A stretch of 64,000 bases of DNA from a virus (taxonomy: Duplodnaviria > Caudoviricetes), in the IMG/VR virus record IMGVR_UViG_3300017565_000002, positions 32,001 through 96,000 of that record; one strand, given 5' to 3'. The notes under the pieces are model-generated. The model was given only the letters and a program-made list of their open reading frames with translations. It was not told the origin of the DNA and did not search any database. Positions 40,485-49,399 of the stretch are shown one piece after another. A program made the translations under genes and the position numbers. Within the stretch, counting starts at the first letter, position 1. Each line of letters opens with the position of its first letter.

Positions 40485-40642
40485 TCCGATTGGGCCGCGC
40501 GGATTGCGGGGCTAGTTTCGGATACAGCTTAGGGTATTATACCTCGGTCGTTGAGAAGATTGGCCGATCGAGGTATTTACCCGACCCCAAACCCCAATAT
40601 CTCCCCATACGCCCGCTCTCAGCGTATGGGGAAACTACTTTT
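40484..40642 (+). ncRNA. candidate novel structured ncRNA (~155 nt)
   Basis: About 56% GC (hand count). Three stem-loops (40484-40523, 40532-40582, 40602-40632) and a C-rich linker; no credible ORF. Confidence 0.6.
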
Positions 40643-40717
40643 AAATTAATTCTAATTATACATCAAACAAATTTATGATTAATACCCATCCTAGAAGCGT
40701 CACTTTATTTTTCAGAC

Positions 40718-40726
40718 ATATATTAT
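40718..40726 (+). promoter_or_regulatory. early promoter motif ATATATTAT
   Basis: Exact copy upstream of the 40815 gene. Confidence 0.7.
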
Positions 40727-40814
40727 TGACGTGTACTAGGTAGTATATTTAAGTACCGCCTAACGACTTAGCCAGGTCTAAGTTGGACAACCCATTTTAA
40801 GGAGGAAGCAATAC

Positions 40815-41282
40815 ATGTCTAACAAACTTAAGCATCAACTGAAGCAATTGAGAAAGCAGCAAGAGAAGTATCAAGAAGCTGTGGCGTTACAACAAGCCAC
40901 ATGCCCGCATATCAGCAAGAAGGGGAACAGCTGGCTTGTGCCTTTTACCGACGTCGATAAAGTCGAAAAGGGCAGATGCAAAAAATGCGGTGCCGTTATC
41001 TATATCGATCAACACCTGCTTGGTGGAGACAGTCTTAAAATGTCTACGAACGTGGTCAAATCAGTCTTGGCAGAAATTCGCGCGGCAAACCGCGAGGGTA
41101 AAATCGAATTGAATGATTCTGAAATGGATCTTATCACTCGATTCGACGCCCAAATTTTGAGCGAACTTCCAAAGACGATTGAAAGCTTGACGCAGGCATC
41201 TAAGAAGAAAAAGAAAGATAAAGGCAAGAAGAAAGATAAAAAGAAAAAGGCATACAGAGAGTACACACGGAAAAAGTGGTAG
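40815..41282 (+). CDS. early protein with Zn-ribbon (CPH...CKKC) and Lys-rich tail
   Basis: AAGGAGG RBS; Cys/His pattern; KKKKKDKGKKKDKKKK tail. Confidence 0.75.
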   Translation: MSNKLKHQLKQLRKQQEKYQEAVALQQATCPHISKKGNSWLVPFTDVDKVEKGRCKKCGAVIYIDQHLLGGDSLKMSTNVVKSVLAEIRAANREGKIELNDSEMDLITRFDAQILSELPKTIESLTQASKKKKKDKGKKKDKKKKAYREYTRKKW

Positions 41283-41342
41283 TATAAACTTTCCAACCGG
41301 GTATTCTTATAAAATGATCTTTTGTCGACAGAAGACCATTTA

Positions 41343-41368
41343 CGAGTACGGGAGAAATCCCGTACTCG
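41343..41368 (+). terminator. intrinsic terminator (GAAA loop)
   Basis: CGAGTACGGGA-GAAA-TCCCGTACTCG followed by a T run. Confidence 0.8.
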
Positions 41369-41394
41369 ATTATTTTTTGTAGAGGAGGCTAATT

Positions 41395-41631
41395 ATGATT
41401 AAGACACGCAGAAAACTTATTCCGAAAAGACCGCGTGTTGTGGTGTCTGTGTCGGGTGGTGTAGCGGAGATCGAACATAACCCGGAAAACTTGGGAGTTC
41501 TTATCATAGATTTGGATAATGGGGAATCCCCTGTCGATGTAGTCGTTATAGTCGAAGGTGGGGTTGCCTACGAATGGCAATCCTCAGATGTTAATTTAGA
41601 GATCGTCGATTATGACAATGAAGAAGATTAA
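41395..41631 (+). CDS. small protein made of two tandem ~35-aa repeats
   Basis: VVVSVSGGVAE...LIIDLDN / VVVIVEGGVAY...EIVDYDN; GAGGAGG RBS. Confidence 0.75.
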   Translation: MIKTRRKLIPKRPRVVVSVSGGVAEIEHNPENLGVLIIDLDNGESPVDVVVIVEGGVAYEWQSSDVNLEIVDYDNEED

Positions 41632-41657
41632 TATATAGATTATAATTTTTTTACCTT

Positions 41658-41666
41658 ATATATTAT
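41658..41666 (+). promoter_or_regulatory. early promoter motif ATATATTAT
   Basis: Exact copy upstream of the topoisomerase operon. Confidence 0.7.
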
Positions 41667-41724
41667 CTTTTTGGTATCTACTAATTTACAAGACCGAAAA
41701 CAATTCAATGGGAGATGAACAAAT

Positions 41725-41811
41725 GTGGACTTTACTGAAGTTCCAGCAAAGATTATCGATGCCATGACTTATTTTAATACAATATGGCAACAAGTAAAGA
41801 ATTTGAAATAG
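41725..41811 (+). CDS. putative 28-aa leader ORF
   Basis: GGGAGA RBS, GTG start, MDFTEVPAKIIDAMTYFNTIWQQVKNLK; stop overlaps the gyrB RBS. Confidence 0.4.
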   Translation: MDFTEVPAKIIDAMTYFNTIWQQVKNLK

Positions 41812-41822
41812 GAGGTTGACGC

Positions 41823-44183
41823 ATGTATATCATACATCGGCGACATCGTATCGGGTTTAACCCATACGAGTACAATGATGCGTCCGTAACTGTACTTACG
41901 GAAGACAGACTAAGAGTACGAGCCACACCAAAGCTTTACCTTCCTAACGTAGGGAAGGAAGGTGCACTCCATTTGATTGAGGAAGTTGTGGCAAATGCCA
42001 TTGACGAGATTTCATCTCCGGGATCAGTAGGAAATGAGGTTATCGTTATTTACGATGAAAGGACTAAGACTGTTATTGTGCAAGATAACGGTCGGGGATT
42101 TCCTTTCAATAAGCTATTTGACATGTGTGAAGTTCTGAACTCCAGTGCAAAGATGGGTGAAGGTGCAAGAGCCTACAGTACATCCGGTGGTGTACATGGT
42201 ATGGGTCTTAAACTGGTCAACTATTTCACGGAGTATATGACCATTCATACGGAACGCGAAGGAAAGTCTCTGAAGGTTCATTATGTCGATGGACTTCGGA
42301 AAGAAGTTAAACATGGGAAGTCAAAAGAAACTGGTACTTCTGTAGAGTGGAAATACGATAAACGCTTCTTTACCGATATCAATATCACATGTGAAGACAT
42401 CCTGACGATGTTGAGATTAAAAAGTTATGTACTTCGTCTCGGTGCTTCCGTTATCTTTAAAGGAAAGCTCAAGGATGGTTCGGATGTATTAAAGGAGTTC
42501 AAAGATAATACTTTGAAAGACTTCCTTAAACAGCATTCGATCAGTGTTCCTCCGATTGAAATCTCGGATATCTTCGGAGGCGATAGCATCCACGCGATGT
42601 TTAGCTTCAACTCCGAGGCTACCGAGGGTTATACATTTGCGGCGTATACAAATAATATCTTCAATAAATTGGGCGGTTCTCATGTCGATGGCATTCTGGA
42701 AGGGATAAATAGTTTCTTCCGGTCATATCTATATGACGAATACCTGTCTGATAAAGAAAAGAAAGAATTGAAGATTAAAGCTGAAGATTCTCGACTGGGA
42801 TTAGTGGGTATTGTATCCGTACATACACACAATCCATCCTTCGAGGGTGGTCAGCATAAAGCACTTCTTGGTATGAACTCCGTTAAGAATTTTGCATTCC
42901 GGGCGACCCGGAAGGTATTACGTCAAATGGATAAATCCAAGTTGAATAAATTCGCTGCCATCATCAAGGCTAATGCAAAGGCTAGGCAAGCATCTGAGGA
43001 AAGTAAGAAGAGAGTAAAGAAAGATATTACAAATGCGTTCTCTGCTGATAAGATTGAAAACTTTCGACCAATATCTAAGCGCTCTACGCGGTCAGATACG
43101 GAAATGTTTATCGTAGAGGGATTGTCAGCGATGGGTGCAATGGAAGCTGTTGCAGATCGTGACACCCAAGCATTGCTGGCCATTCGTGGTAAACTCGATA
43201 ATGTATTTGATCTTACGCCAGAAGAAGCTGTTAATAAATCTGAATTCGTATCGAACATGGTCGACATTTTTGGTTGTGGTATTGGGAAGACGTTTGATAT
43301 TAAGAAATTCCCGTATGAGCGTATATACCTTGCGACTGATGCGGATACCGACGGAAATGAAATTGCTTGCCAAGGTGCCATGATATTCTTCCGCTTCTTT
43401 GAACCCGTTGTAACGGCTGGGAAGTTATATCGTGCTGTACCGCCACTATATGAAATTCGTCAAGATGGGAAATCAATGTTTGTCCCAACGAGTCGTATAT
43501 TCTTGACGATAACTCAACAAAACTTCGTTAAGCAAAATACAGTCTATTTGAACGGTAAGCCATTGAGAGGGGACCATATTCTTGATCTCCTGATGCGAAA
43601 CGAGACTTACGTTACTCAAATCAATCGTATTGCAGATGAGTACGCCATTTCTCCAATATTATGTGAGTTTTTAATTAAGAATCAAGCAATTGGGTTTGGA
43701 AATGATACAGTGGATAAGTGGAGCAAAGCACTGGCACGTAATTTTACGTTCTTGAAGGTTCAACCCGGAGAATTTGGTATCTCCATCGTTGGGATGATCA
43801 AAACCGAGTTTAATCTGTTTGATTATGTAAAAGAATTTAGCGAGGACATCCAAACAATATCCCTCGATAGGGAGTTTTATGGGTATTCGATCAATGATAA
43901 AGATAAGTCCCACCTATCCTTATATGAAACGCTGAAAGAATTCGAAAAGTTTCAGCCGAATATCATATCTAGGTTTAAAGGTCTCGGTGAGATGAATTCG
44001 AAAGACATGAAGCGTACGATCATGGAACGGAAAGTCCGCCATAGCATTCGTCTCACAGCAAGGCATCTCCAAGACACATATGATAAACTTGCTGTCATGC
44101 ATTCACGGAGACCAAACTATCAGAAGCTTAGAAAGGAATTCATTTCAAACTTTAAATTCGATATCATGGATATCGATACGTAG
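41823..44183 (+). CDS. gyrB: type IIA topoisomerase subunit B (GyrB/ParE-like)
   Basis: EVVANAIDE, DNGRG, GGVHGMG, VEGLSA, TDADTDG and RFKGLGEM motifs. Confidence 0.95.
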   Translation: MYIIHRRHRIGFNPYEYNDASVTVLTEDRLRVRATPKLYLPNVGKEGALHLIEEVVANAIDEISSPGSVGNEVIVIYDERTKTVIVQDNGRGFPFNKLFDMCEVLNSSAKMGEGARAYSTSGGVHGMGLKLVNYFTEYMTIHTEREGKSLKVHYVDGLRKEVKHGKSKETGTSVEWKYDKRFFTDINITCEDILTMLRLKSYVLRLGASVIFKGKLKDGSDVLKEFKDNTLKDFLKQHSISVPPIEISDIFGGDSIHAMFSFNSEATEGYTFAAYTNNIFNKLGGSHVDGILEGINSFFRSYLYDEYLSDKEKKELKIKAEDSRLGLVGIVSVHTHNPSFEGGQHKALLGMNSVKNFAFRATRKVLRQMDKSKLNKFAAIIKANAKARQASEESKKRVKKDITNAFSADKIENFRPISKRSTRSDTEMFIVEGLSAMGAMEAVADRDTQALLAIRGKLDNVFDLTPEEAVNKSEFVSNMVDIFGCGIGKTFDIKKFPYERIYLATDADTDGNEIACQGAMIFFRFFEPVVTAGKLYRAVPPLYEIRQDGKSMFVPTSRIFLTITQQNFVKQNTVYLNGKPLRGDHILDLLMRNETYVTQINRIADEYAISPILCEFLIKNQAIGFGNDTVDKWSKALARNFTFLKVQPGEFGISIVGMIKTEFNLFDYVKEFSEDIQTISLDREFYGYSINDKDKSHLSLYETLKEFEKFQPNIISRFKGLGEMNSKDMKRTIMERKVRHSIRLTARHLQDTYDKLAVMHSRRPNYQKLRKEFISNFKFDIMDIDT

Positions 44184-44195
44184 TGGAGGGAAGAT

Positions 44196-46658
44196 ATGTA
44201 TCGTTTAAGATTCAAACCCGAATTTGAGCGACAACGTTATGGGGATAATGATTGGGAGAATATCGATAATGAAGATCTGGGATCATTTGATGAGAAACAT
44301 GTTGCAACTCACGCGATGAATCGAAATCTCCAAAGAGATATCCCGTTCTTCTATGACGGTCTAAAGACCGTTCAACGCCGTTTGTTGTACTCAATGGCAC
44401 TGATGGGCCTATGGCCTGATAAGAAAGATCACAAGAAGAATATGACTAAAGCTGCGGGTGTTATCGGTGAGGTACTTACCAGATTCCACCCACATGGTGA
44501 GCTAAGTTCATATAAGGCTCTGATCTATATGCGTCAGCCTTGGAGACACTTACTCCCCTTAATTGATTTCAATGGAAACTATGGGACGGCAAAAGATCCG
44601 AACTCTTACGCACATATGCGATATGTAAGTGCGCGACTATCGGAATTTGCATACGATTGCTTCTTTGACTCTGATGAATGGGACTTGAAATCGGATCTGG
44701 TAGATCGACGTGTATCCTTTAACGGTAAAGATCTGGAGCCGATTTATCTACCGGCCAAATATCCTTTATTCCTTATGGGTTGGAGTAGCGGAATAGGGCA
44801 TGGGTTATCGACAAGTAGTCCGGGGTTTTTGCCACAAGATGCGATGCAGACTGTTATCACATTAATCGACAACCCCGATGCCGATTTTGTTCTATATCCG
44901 GAAGATCCGTTAGGCTGCACAATTCTGGATAAGAAAGTGTTTAAGAAATTTGTGGACTACACACCAACTATCACGGATGATACAAATCTAACATTCCGCG
45001 TTCGCTCTAACTATAGTGTGACAAAGGATACAATCATCGTTCATAACACACCGTTTGAGGTGAATCCGGTTATGATCGAAAAGCGTATCAAAGAACTTGT
45101 TATCGGTGGGAAACTAGATGGTATCTCGGATATTGAGATCAATCTTAGACCCGGAACAATCCCACAGTTAGGTGAAGACGGTAACACAGCAGAGATTATA
45201 ATTGACGTTAAAAAGGGTTTTGACCCACATATTTTGATGGATAAGCTATACAAGGTGACTGAGCTTCAAGTCACATTCCCATTGAATTGTGTATACGTCA
45301 TGACTGATCATAATGTCAAGTTTAATCTGAGACAGAGCATCTTGACATGGATTAACCTAAGACGTCGTGTGTTGAAACGGATGTTCCGACTTCGGCTAAG
45401 CGATGACTCTAAGCGGATATACGTGCTGGATGCTCTTATTAAGATCTTTGATAAAAATGGCATTGAAACTGTAATTAAGATCATCAAGAATAATAAACGC
45501 CAAGAAGCTATCAACCTACTCATCAAGTCGTTTGATATCAGCGATTATCAAGCCAATCAGATCCAGAATATGCGTATTCGGGATTTGTCACCGGAGTCGT
45601 ACGACGACTATGTCAATGAGCGGAAGAAGCTTATGAAGAAGATTGATGAGGTTCAAGAAATCTTGAAATCCAAGAAGGGTATCGACAAACTCATCAAGAA
45701 GCAAATGGAAGAAGGTATACAGAAGTATTCGAGGAAGAGATTGTCTAAGGTCATAAACCTAAGCGATGATAGTGTGGACGACGAATCTACCCACATCGTT
45801 GCTGTTACGGATACGACTTTTGTCAAGAAGTTGTCGACAATAGATGATGGTCTCGGCAAACTCCCTCAAGACTCTAAGTTTATCTTTATGCGGAAAGCCG
45901 TTTCGAATGCAGCCAAGTTGTTTATGTTTACACCGTCCGGTCGAGTATTCAGCGAGTTCGTGCATAAAATAAAGCTGTCTAGCATTGAAGGTGTTGGTAT
46001 GTACTTCCGCCGGAAGATGAAGACTGATGATATCCAGTTTACATCGGCGGTTGCAGCATTAACGAATACAAAGTCGTCGCTTATCTTTGTGACGAAGCGA
46101 GGCGGAGTCAAGCAGACAAAGACAGAAAACTATTTCGCCACGTCACAGAACAGCACCGCGACAAGATTACAAGATGGAGATTCTTTGGTATCCATCATTG
46201 AGTCGACATCCGACAAAGATCGTATCTTGATCTACACCAAAAATGGGAAGTGTGGGCTGTTTAACGTGAAGGATATCACCTTAACGTCCCGTACGACTGT
46301 TGGTGTCATTGGCATAAGACTGGAAGACGGGGATGAAGTTATCGGAGCCTGTCTGGTTGCAAGTAACCACAGCCACTTCATCACAGTCTCCATTAAAGGA
46401 GAGTTCAAGCGAGTTTCACTTGAGACTTCTCTGACCTCTATGCGTAGAGGAGATCTGGGTGTAGACATAATGGCAAGATCGGAAGAATTGAACGCAGTAT
46501 TTTCGATAGATTCGAAGACCAAGTCTATCATGATTCTTGCCGGAGACGAACTAAAGGAGATCGACATTGAGACGATCCCGATTAGAACACGTCTTTCCAA
46601 TGGGGAGAAGCTGATAAACTGGCTTCGGGGATATCAAGTCGTTCGGGTAAATGACTAA
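44196..46658 (+). CDS. gyrA: type IIA topoisomerase subunit A (GyrA/ParC-like)
   Basis: DGLKTVQRR, HPHG, GNYG, MRY catalytic Tyr, C-terminal pinwheel blades. Confidence 0.95.
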   Translation: MYRLRFKPEFERQRYGDNDWENIDNEDLGSFDEKHVATHAMNRNLQRDIPFFYDGLKTVQRRLLYSMALMGLWPDKKDHKKNMTKAAGVIGEVLTRFHPHGELSSYKALIYMRQPWRHLLPLIDFNGNYGTAKDPNSYAHMRYVSARLSEFAYDCFFDSDEWDLKSDLVDRRVSFNGKDLEPIYLPAKYPLFLMGWSSGIGHGLSTSSPGFLPQDAMQTVITLIDNPDADFVLYPEDPLGCTILDKKVFKKFVDYTPTITDDTNLTFRVRSNYSVTKDTIIVHNTPFEVNPVMIEKRIKELVIGGKLDGISDIEINLRPGTIPQLGEDGNTAEIIIDVKKGFDPHILMDKLYKVTELQVTFPLNCVYVMTDHNVKFNLRQSILTWINLRRRVLKRMFRLRLSDDSKRIYVLDALIKIFDKNGIETVIKIIKNNKRQEAINLLIKSFDISDYQANQIQNMRIRDLSPESYDDYVNERKKLMKKIDEVQEILKSKKGIDKLIKKQMEEGIQKYSRKRLSKVINLSDDSVDDESTHIVAVTDTTFVKKLSTIDDGLGKLPQDSKFIFMRKAVSNAAKLFMFTPSGRVFSEFVHKIKLSSIEGVGMYFRRKMKTDDIQFTSAVAALTNTKSSLIFVTKRGGVKQTKTENYFATSQNSTATRLQDGDSLVSIIESTSDKDRILIYTKNGKCGLFNVKDITLTSRTTVGVIGIRLEDGDEVIGACLVASNHSHFITVSIKGEFKRVSLETSLTSMRRGDLGVDIMARSEELNAVFSIDSKTKSIMILAGDELKEIDIETIPIRTRLSNGEKLINWLRGYQVVRVND

Positions 46659-46663
46659 AGAAA

Positions 46664-46691
46664 AGGCAGAGAGGATTTCTCCTCTCTGCTT
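46664..46691. terminator. bidirectional terminator
   Basis: AGGCAGAGAGGA / TCCTCTCTGCTT between convergent genes. Confidence 0.8.
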
Positions 46692-46700
46692 ATTTTTTTT

Positions 46701-48131
46701 TCATTCAGGTCCGATCAGGTTCATCAGGCTTTCTCGGTCCTTGGTGTCAAAATGATGAAATTCTTTCAGGATATCATAGCATTCTTGAAGTGTTTGGGGG
46801 TCTTTTGTTTCTTTAGGCAACTCTTCAAGTCCATCGATATAATTCAAATCCTTAGGCCTCAATCCAAAGAACAGAATCCGTATATCATCGTTATTTTTAA
46901 TGATCTTATTCATAGCCTTACGATAGATCACGATATCCTTATCCTTGAATTTACTCTTTTCTGCAACTTTCTTAAATTCCTCCAATTTCTTCTTAGCTTC
47001 ATCTAAATCTTTCTTGATTTCATCATATGCATCTTCGTTTATTTCTTTCTTTAACTCTTTCTCAAGGTTATCGACAATAGCTTGGAATCTTGTTATGTTC
47101 AATGGATGCGGATCAAACGCTAACCGGACGATACTAAAAGGAAGTGAAAGAAGTCGAGTCAGTGGGTTGCGTATCATCAGTGTATTAGCCCGTGTGTTAA
47201 ACTTACCTAGGCTTGAGATTATATCTCCACCATAGCCATACACGGTAGAAATGTAGTCACTTAGTAATTCTTGTCTATATCTGGATTTAAGTGTAAAGAT
47301 GTTTGAAAATGCTATGACGGCTCCCACAACGTTTAGTTTTTTACCGACACCTATGGTGGCTAAGAATATCCTTTTCCATGCGTCTAAAAATATCTTAGTT
47401 GGTTGGTTATGCGTCAAAATTGCTATCGTGTTTCTAATAGTAGTGAAAGTACCAAAAAGACCACTTATAACCAGTTGTGTTTCTTTGGCAGCAACAGCGT
47501 CACGCCTTGGTACTTTCGAAAAGTTATCTATCATTCGAGCTATGAAGTTGTCAACCTTCTCAAATGTAGGCGTTATGAATTTATTTAGCAGCATATACAT
47601 TATCAATGGTACGACAGTAACACCAAATGCCAATGCTGTTAGTGCATTTTGTATCTGGGCGGAAGGTAGAACCATCTTCATTGAGTGACCAATCTCATGG
47701 AGGATGATACCCACACACTCAGCACCAGTGAATTTACCCAATGCCATGAGTGTTAGGTCAATAAATATAACAGCCTCTACCTGGTCTTCTGTCTTAAACG
47801 CAACACCAGTCTCCGTCCGTTGAAGTTCTAATTTTTTAACAACATATTTAAATTTAAAGGTAGTGACTGGAATTGTCATGGCCAACGATGCCGGGAGGGT
47901 ACTGATGACCAGTTTTTTGAAGTTAAACATCTCTTGAAGAATGGCTTGAACCTGTTTAACTTCTTTTCGTCCATCTTTGGACCGCAACGCTTTCTCCATT
48001 AATCTTTCACATTCCAATAGTTTTTCATTTTTCCCATAGTAAGCTTCATGAATCAGTTGTCCCGGGGATTCTGCTGGTGGTGTATCTATTTGACCTTCTT
48101 GTATCAACCGCAATCGCTCACGTATGTCCAT
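46701..48131 (-). CDS. M48/HtpX-like zinc metallopeptidase, leader family member F
   Basis: MDIRERLRLIQEG leader; ILHEIGH, ELLSD and HPLNITR motifs; hydrophobic helices. Confidence 0.75.
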   Translation of the reverse strand: MDIRERLRLIQEGQIDTPPAESPGQLIHEAYYGKNEKLLECERLMEKALRSKDGRKEVKQVQAILQEMFNFKKLVISTLPASLAMTIPVTTFKFKYVVKKLELQRTETGVAFKTEDQVEAVIFIDLTLMALGKFTGAECVGIILHEIGHSMKMVLPSAQIQNALTALAFGVTVVPLIMYMLLNKFITPTFEKVDNFIARMIDNFSKVPRRDAVAAKETQLVISGLFGTFTTIRNTIAILTHNQPTKIFLDAWKRIFLATIGVGKKLNVVGAVIAFSNIFTLKSRYRQELLSDYISTVYGYGGDIISSLGKFNTRANTLMIRNPLTRLLSLPFSIVRLAFDPHPLNITRFQAIVDNLEKELKKEINEDAYDEIKKDLDEAKKKLEEFKKVAEKSKFKDKDIVIYRKAMNKIIKNNDDIRILFFGLRPKDLNYIDGLEELPKETKDPQTLQECYDILKEFHHFDTKDRESLMNLIGPE

Positions 48132-48156
48132 AATTACCGCCCTTCCATCGAGATAT

Positions 48157-48192
48157 TAATGTAGTGTTAAAAACGGTTGAAACAGCTAATTA
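48157..48192. promoter_or_regulatory. back-to-back divergent late promoters
   Basis: Minus AACACTACATTA (48157-48168) and plus AACAGCTAATTA (48181-48192). Confidence 0.75.
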
Positions 48193-48220
48193 AAATGAAC
48201 GTTCATCGGGAGGTAAACTT

Positions 48221-49390
48221 ATGGTATCCGAAACTCATGTTGTCGATTCATTATATCCAAGAGTCGAGAAATCTCTTGCCAAAAAAGAAAACGTCAATAT
48301 GTTACTTGCTCATATCTCCAAATTCATCGATAAGAATAATCACATCTTCTTTAGTTTGAATTTTTCCGAACGGCTAGTCTTGGGTGAACATGACAAGTCA
48401 ATTGTGTTCAAGGTCATGGGGATTGACGAAGCTGAGGTTGATAAGGTCATCAAAGAATCTCCCCCTATTGCCGGTCTTAAATGGGTGTCCAACTCCTTTA
48501 CCGTCATGATGGGTATGGCGATTCGATATTTTGCCACAAAGAAGATGAAGAAAGAGGTAGAAGTATGTATCGTCTTTCTAGCATCTTTGTATTATACCTT
48601 GACCCACGTCCGAAGCTTTCCCTATCTTCCAAATAAAGAAACGATGGATTATACCTTGAATAAGAATCCCAAAGTGACCAATAGTTTCATTGTCAAGAAA
48701 GTCGGGACTATCTTTAATCTGATTCGCTACACAAGTGTCACATCCCATAATTTCTATGAGAAAGAACTCATTGGAAAATGTACGGATGTCCAGTTGAATA
48801 ACTATCTATCTGCCATCCGCACACGCGTCGGGTCAAACATGAAAAACTTGGCCACTTATTATTATGAAGACCACAAGGCTAATAATTTCATGAATAAGGA
48901 TACAGAGTCTTTTGAAGAGGAGAATTACCGAACTATCGACAGCACCATATTGGACATTGCTAAGATATCTAGTAAGACTGCAACTAACTTGGTAAGCTAT
49001 CGATTTAATCGGGGGTTTATTGATCAAAGTGCATCTATGGATATAAACACATCACCAACGAAACTTTCCCATATATTAGACAATATCATAGAGTATCACA
49101 GAAGAGATCTGGAGAAATTCATCTCATCTGTGCTAGAGCTTTATGTATTTGAGGGAAATAACAATATCAAAGAAGTTTCAAGCCTCAAGTTTCTGACTCA
49201 CTCTCTTAATCTCTATAAGACAAATTCAACACGTCCAAAAGTAATAGAGATTAAGGAGTTCCTAGATCGTTGGATTGAAGACGGAAGTAAAAAGTTTGGT
49301 AATCAGTTTGTAAGACCGGCTACACTTAATGCCTATCGGAAATGTATCTTTATGGTATTCGTCTATAGTATAAATAGAGAAGCTCGCTAG
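48221..49390 (+). CDS. hypothetical late (probable virion) protein
   Basis: 389-aa ORF, GGAGG RBS, late promoter, co-transcribed with the RNAP fragment. Confidence 0.7.
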   Translation: MVSETHVVDSLYPRVEKSLAKKENVNMLLAHISKFIDKNNHIFFSLNFSERLVLGEHDKSIVFKVMGIDEAEVDKVIKESPPIAGLKWVSNSFTVMMGMAIRYFATKKMKKEVEVCIVFLASLYYTLTHVRSFPYLPNKETMDYTLNKNPKVTNSFIVKKVGTIFNLIRYTSVTSHNFYEKELIGKCTDVQLNNYLSAIRTRVGSNMKNLATYYYEDHKANNFMNKDTESFEEENYRTIDSTILDIAKISSKTATNLVSYRFNRGFIDQSASMDINTSPTKLSHILDNIIEYHRRDLEKFISSVLELYVFEGNNNIKEVSSLKFLTHSLNLYKTNSTRPKVIEIKEFLDRWIEDGSKKFGNQFVRPATLNAYRKCIFMVFVYSINREAR

Positions 49391-49399
49391 GAGGAAACG

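Noticed and set aside
40484-40642. tRNA, tmRNA, SRP RNA or hammerhead ribozyme identity for the non-coding units
   Set aside because: No cloverleaf, TTCGA T-loop or CCA end, SRP helix-8 motif, or CTGATGA/GAAA core found by eye.
40478-40678. 66-aa ORF from the track
   Set aside because: No RBS, ATG lies inside the promoter motif, and the sequence is better explained by RNA stems.
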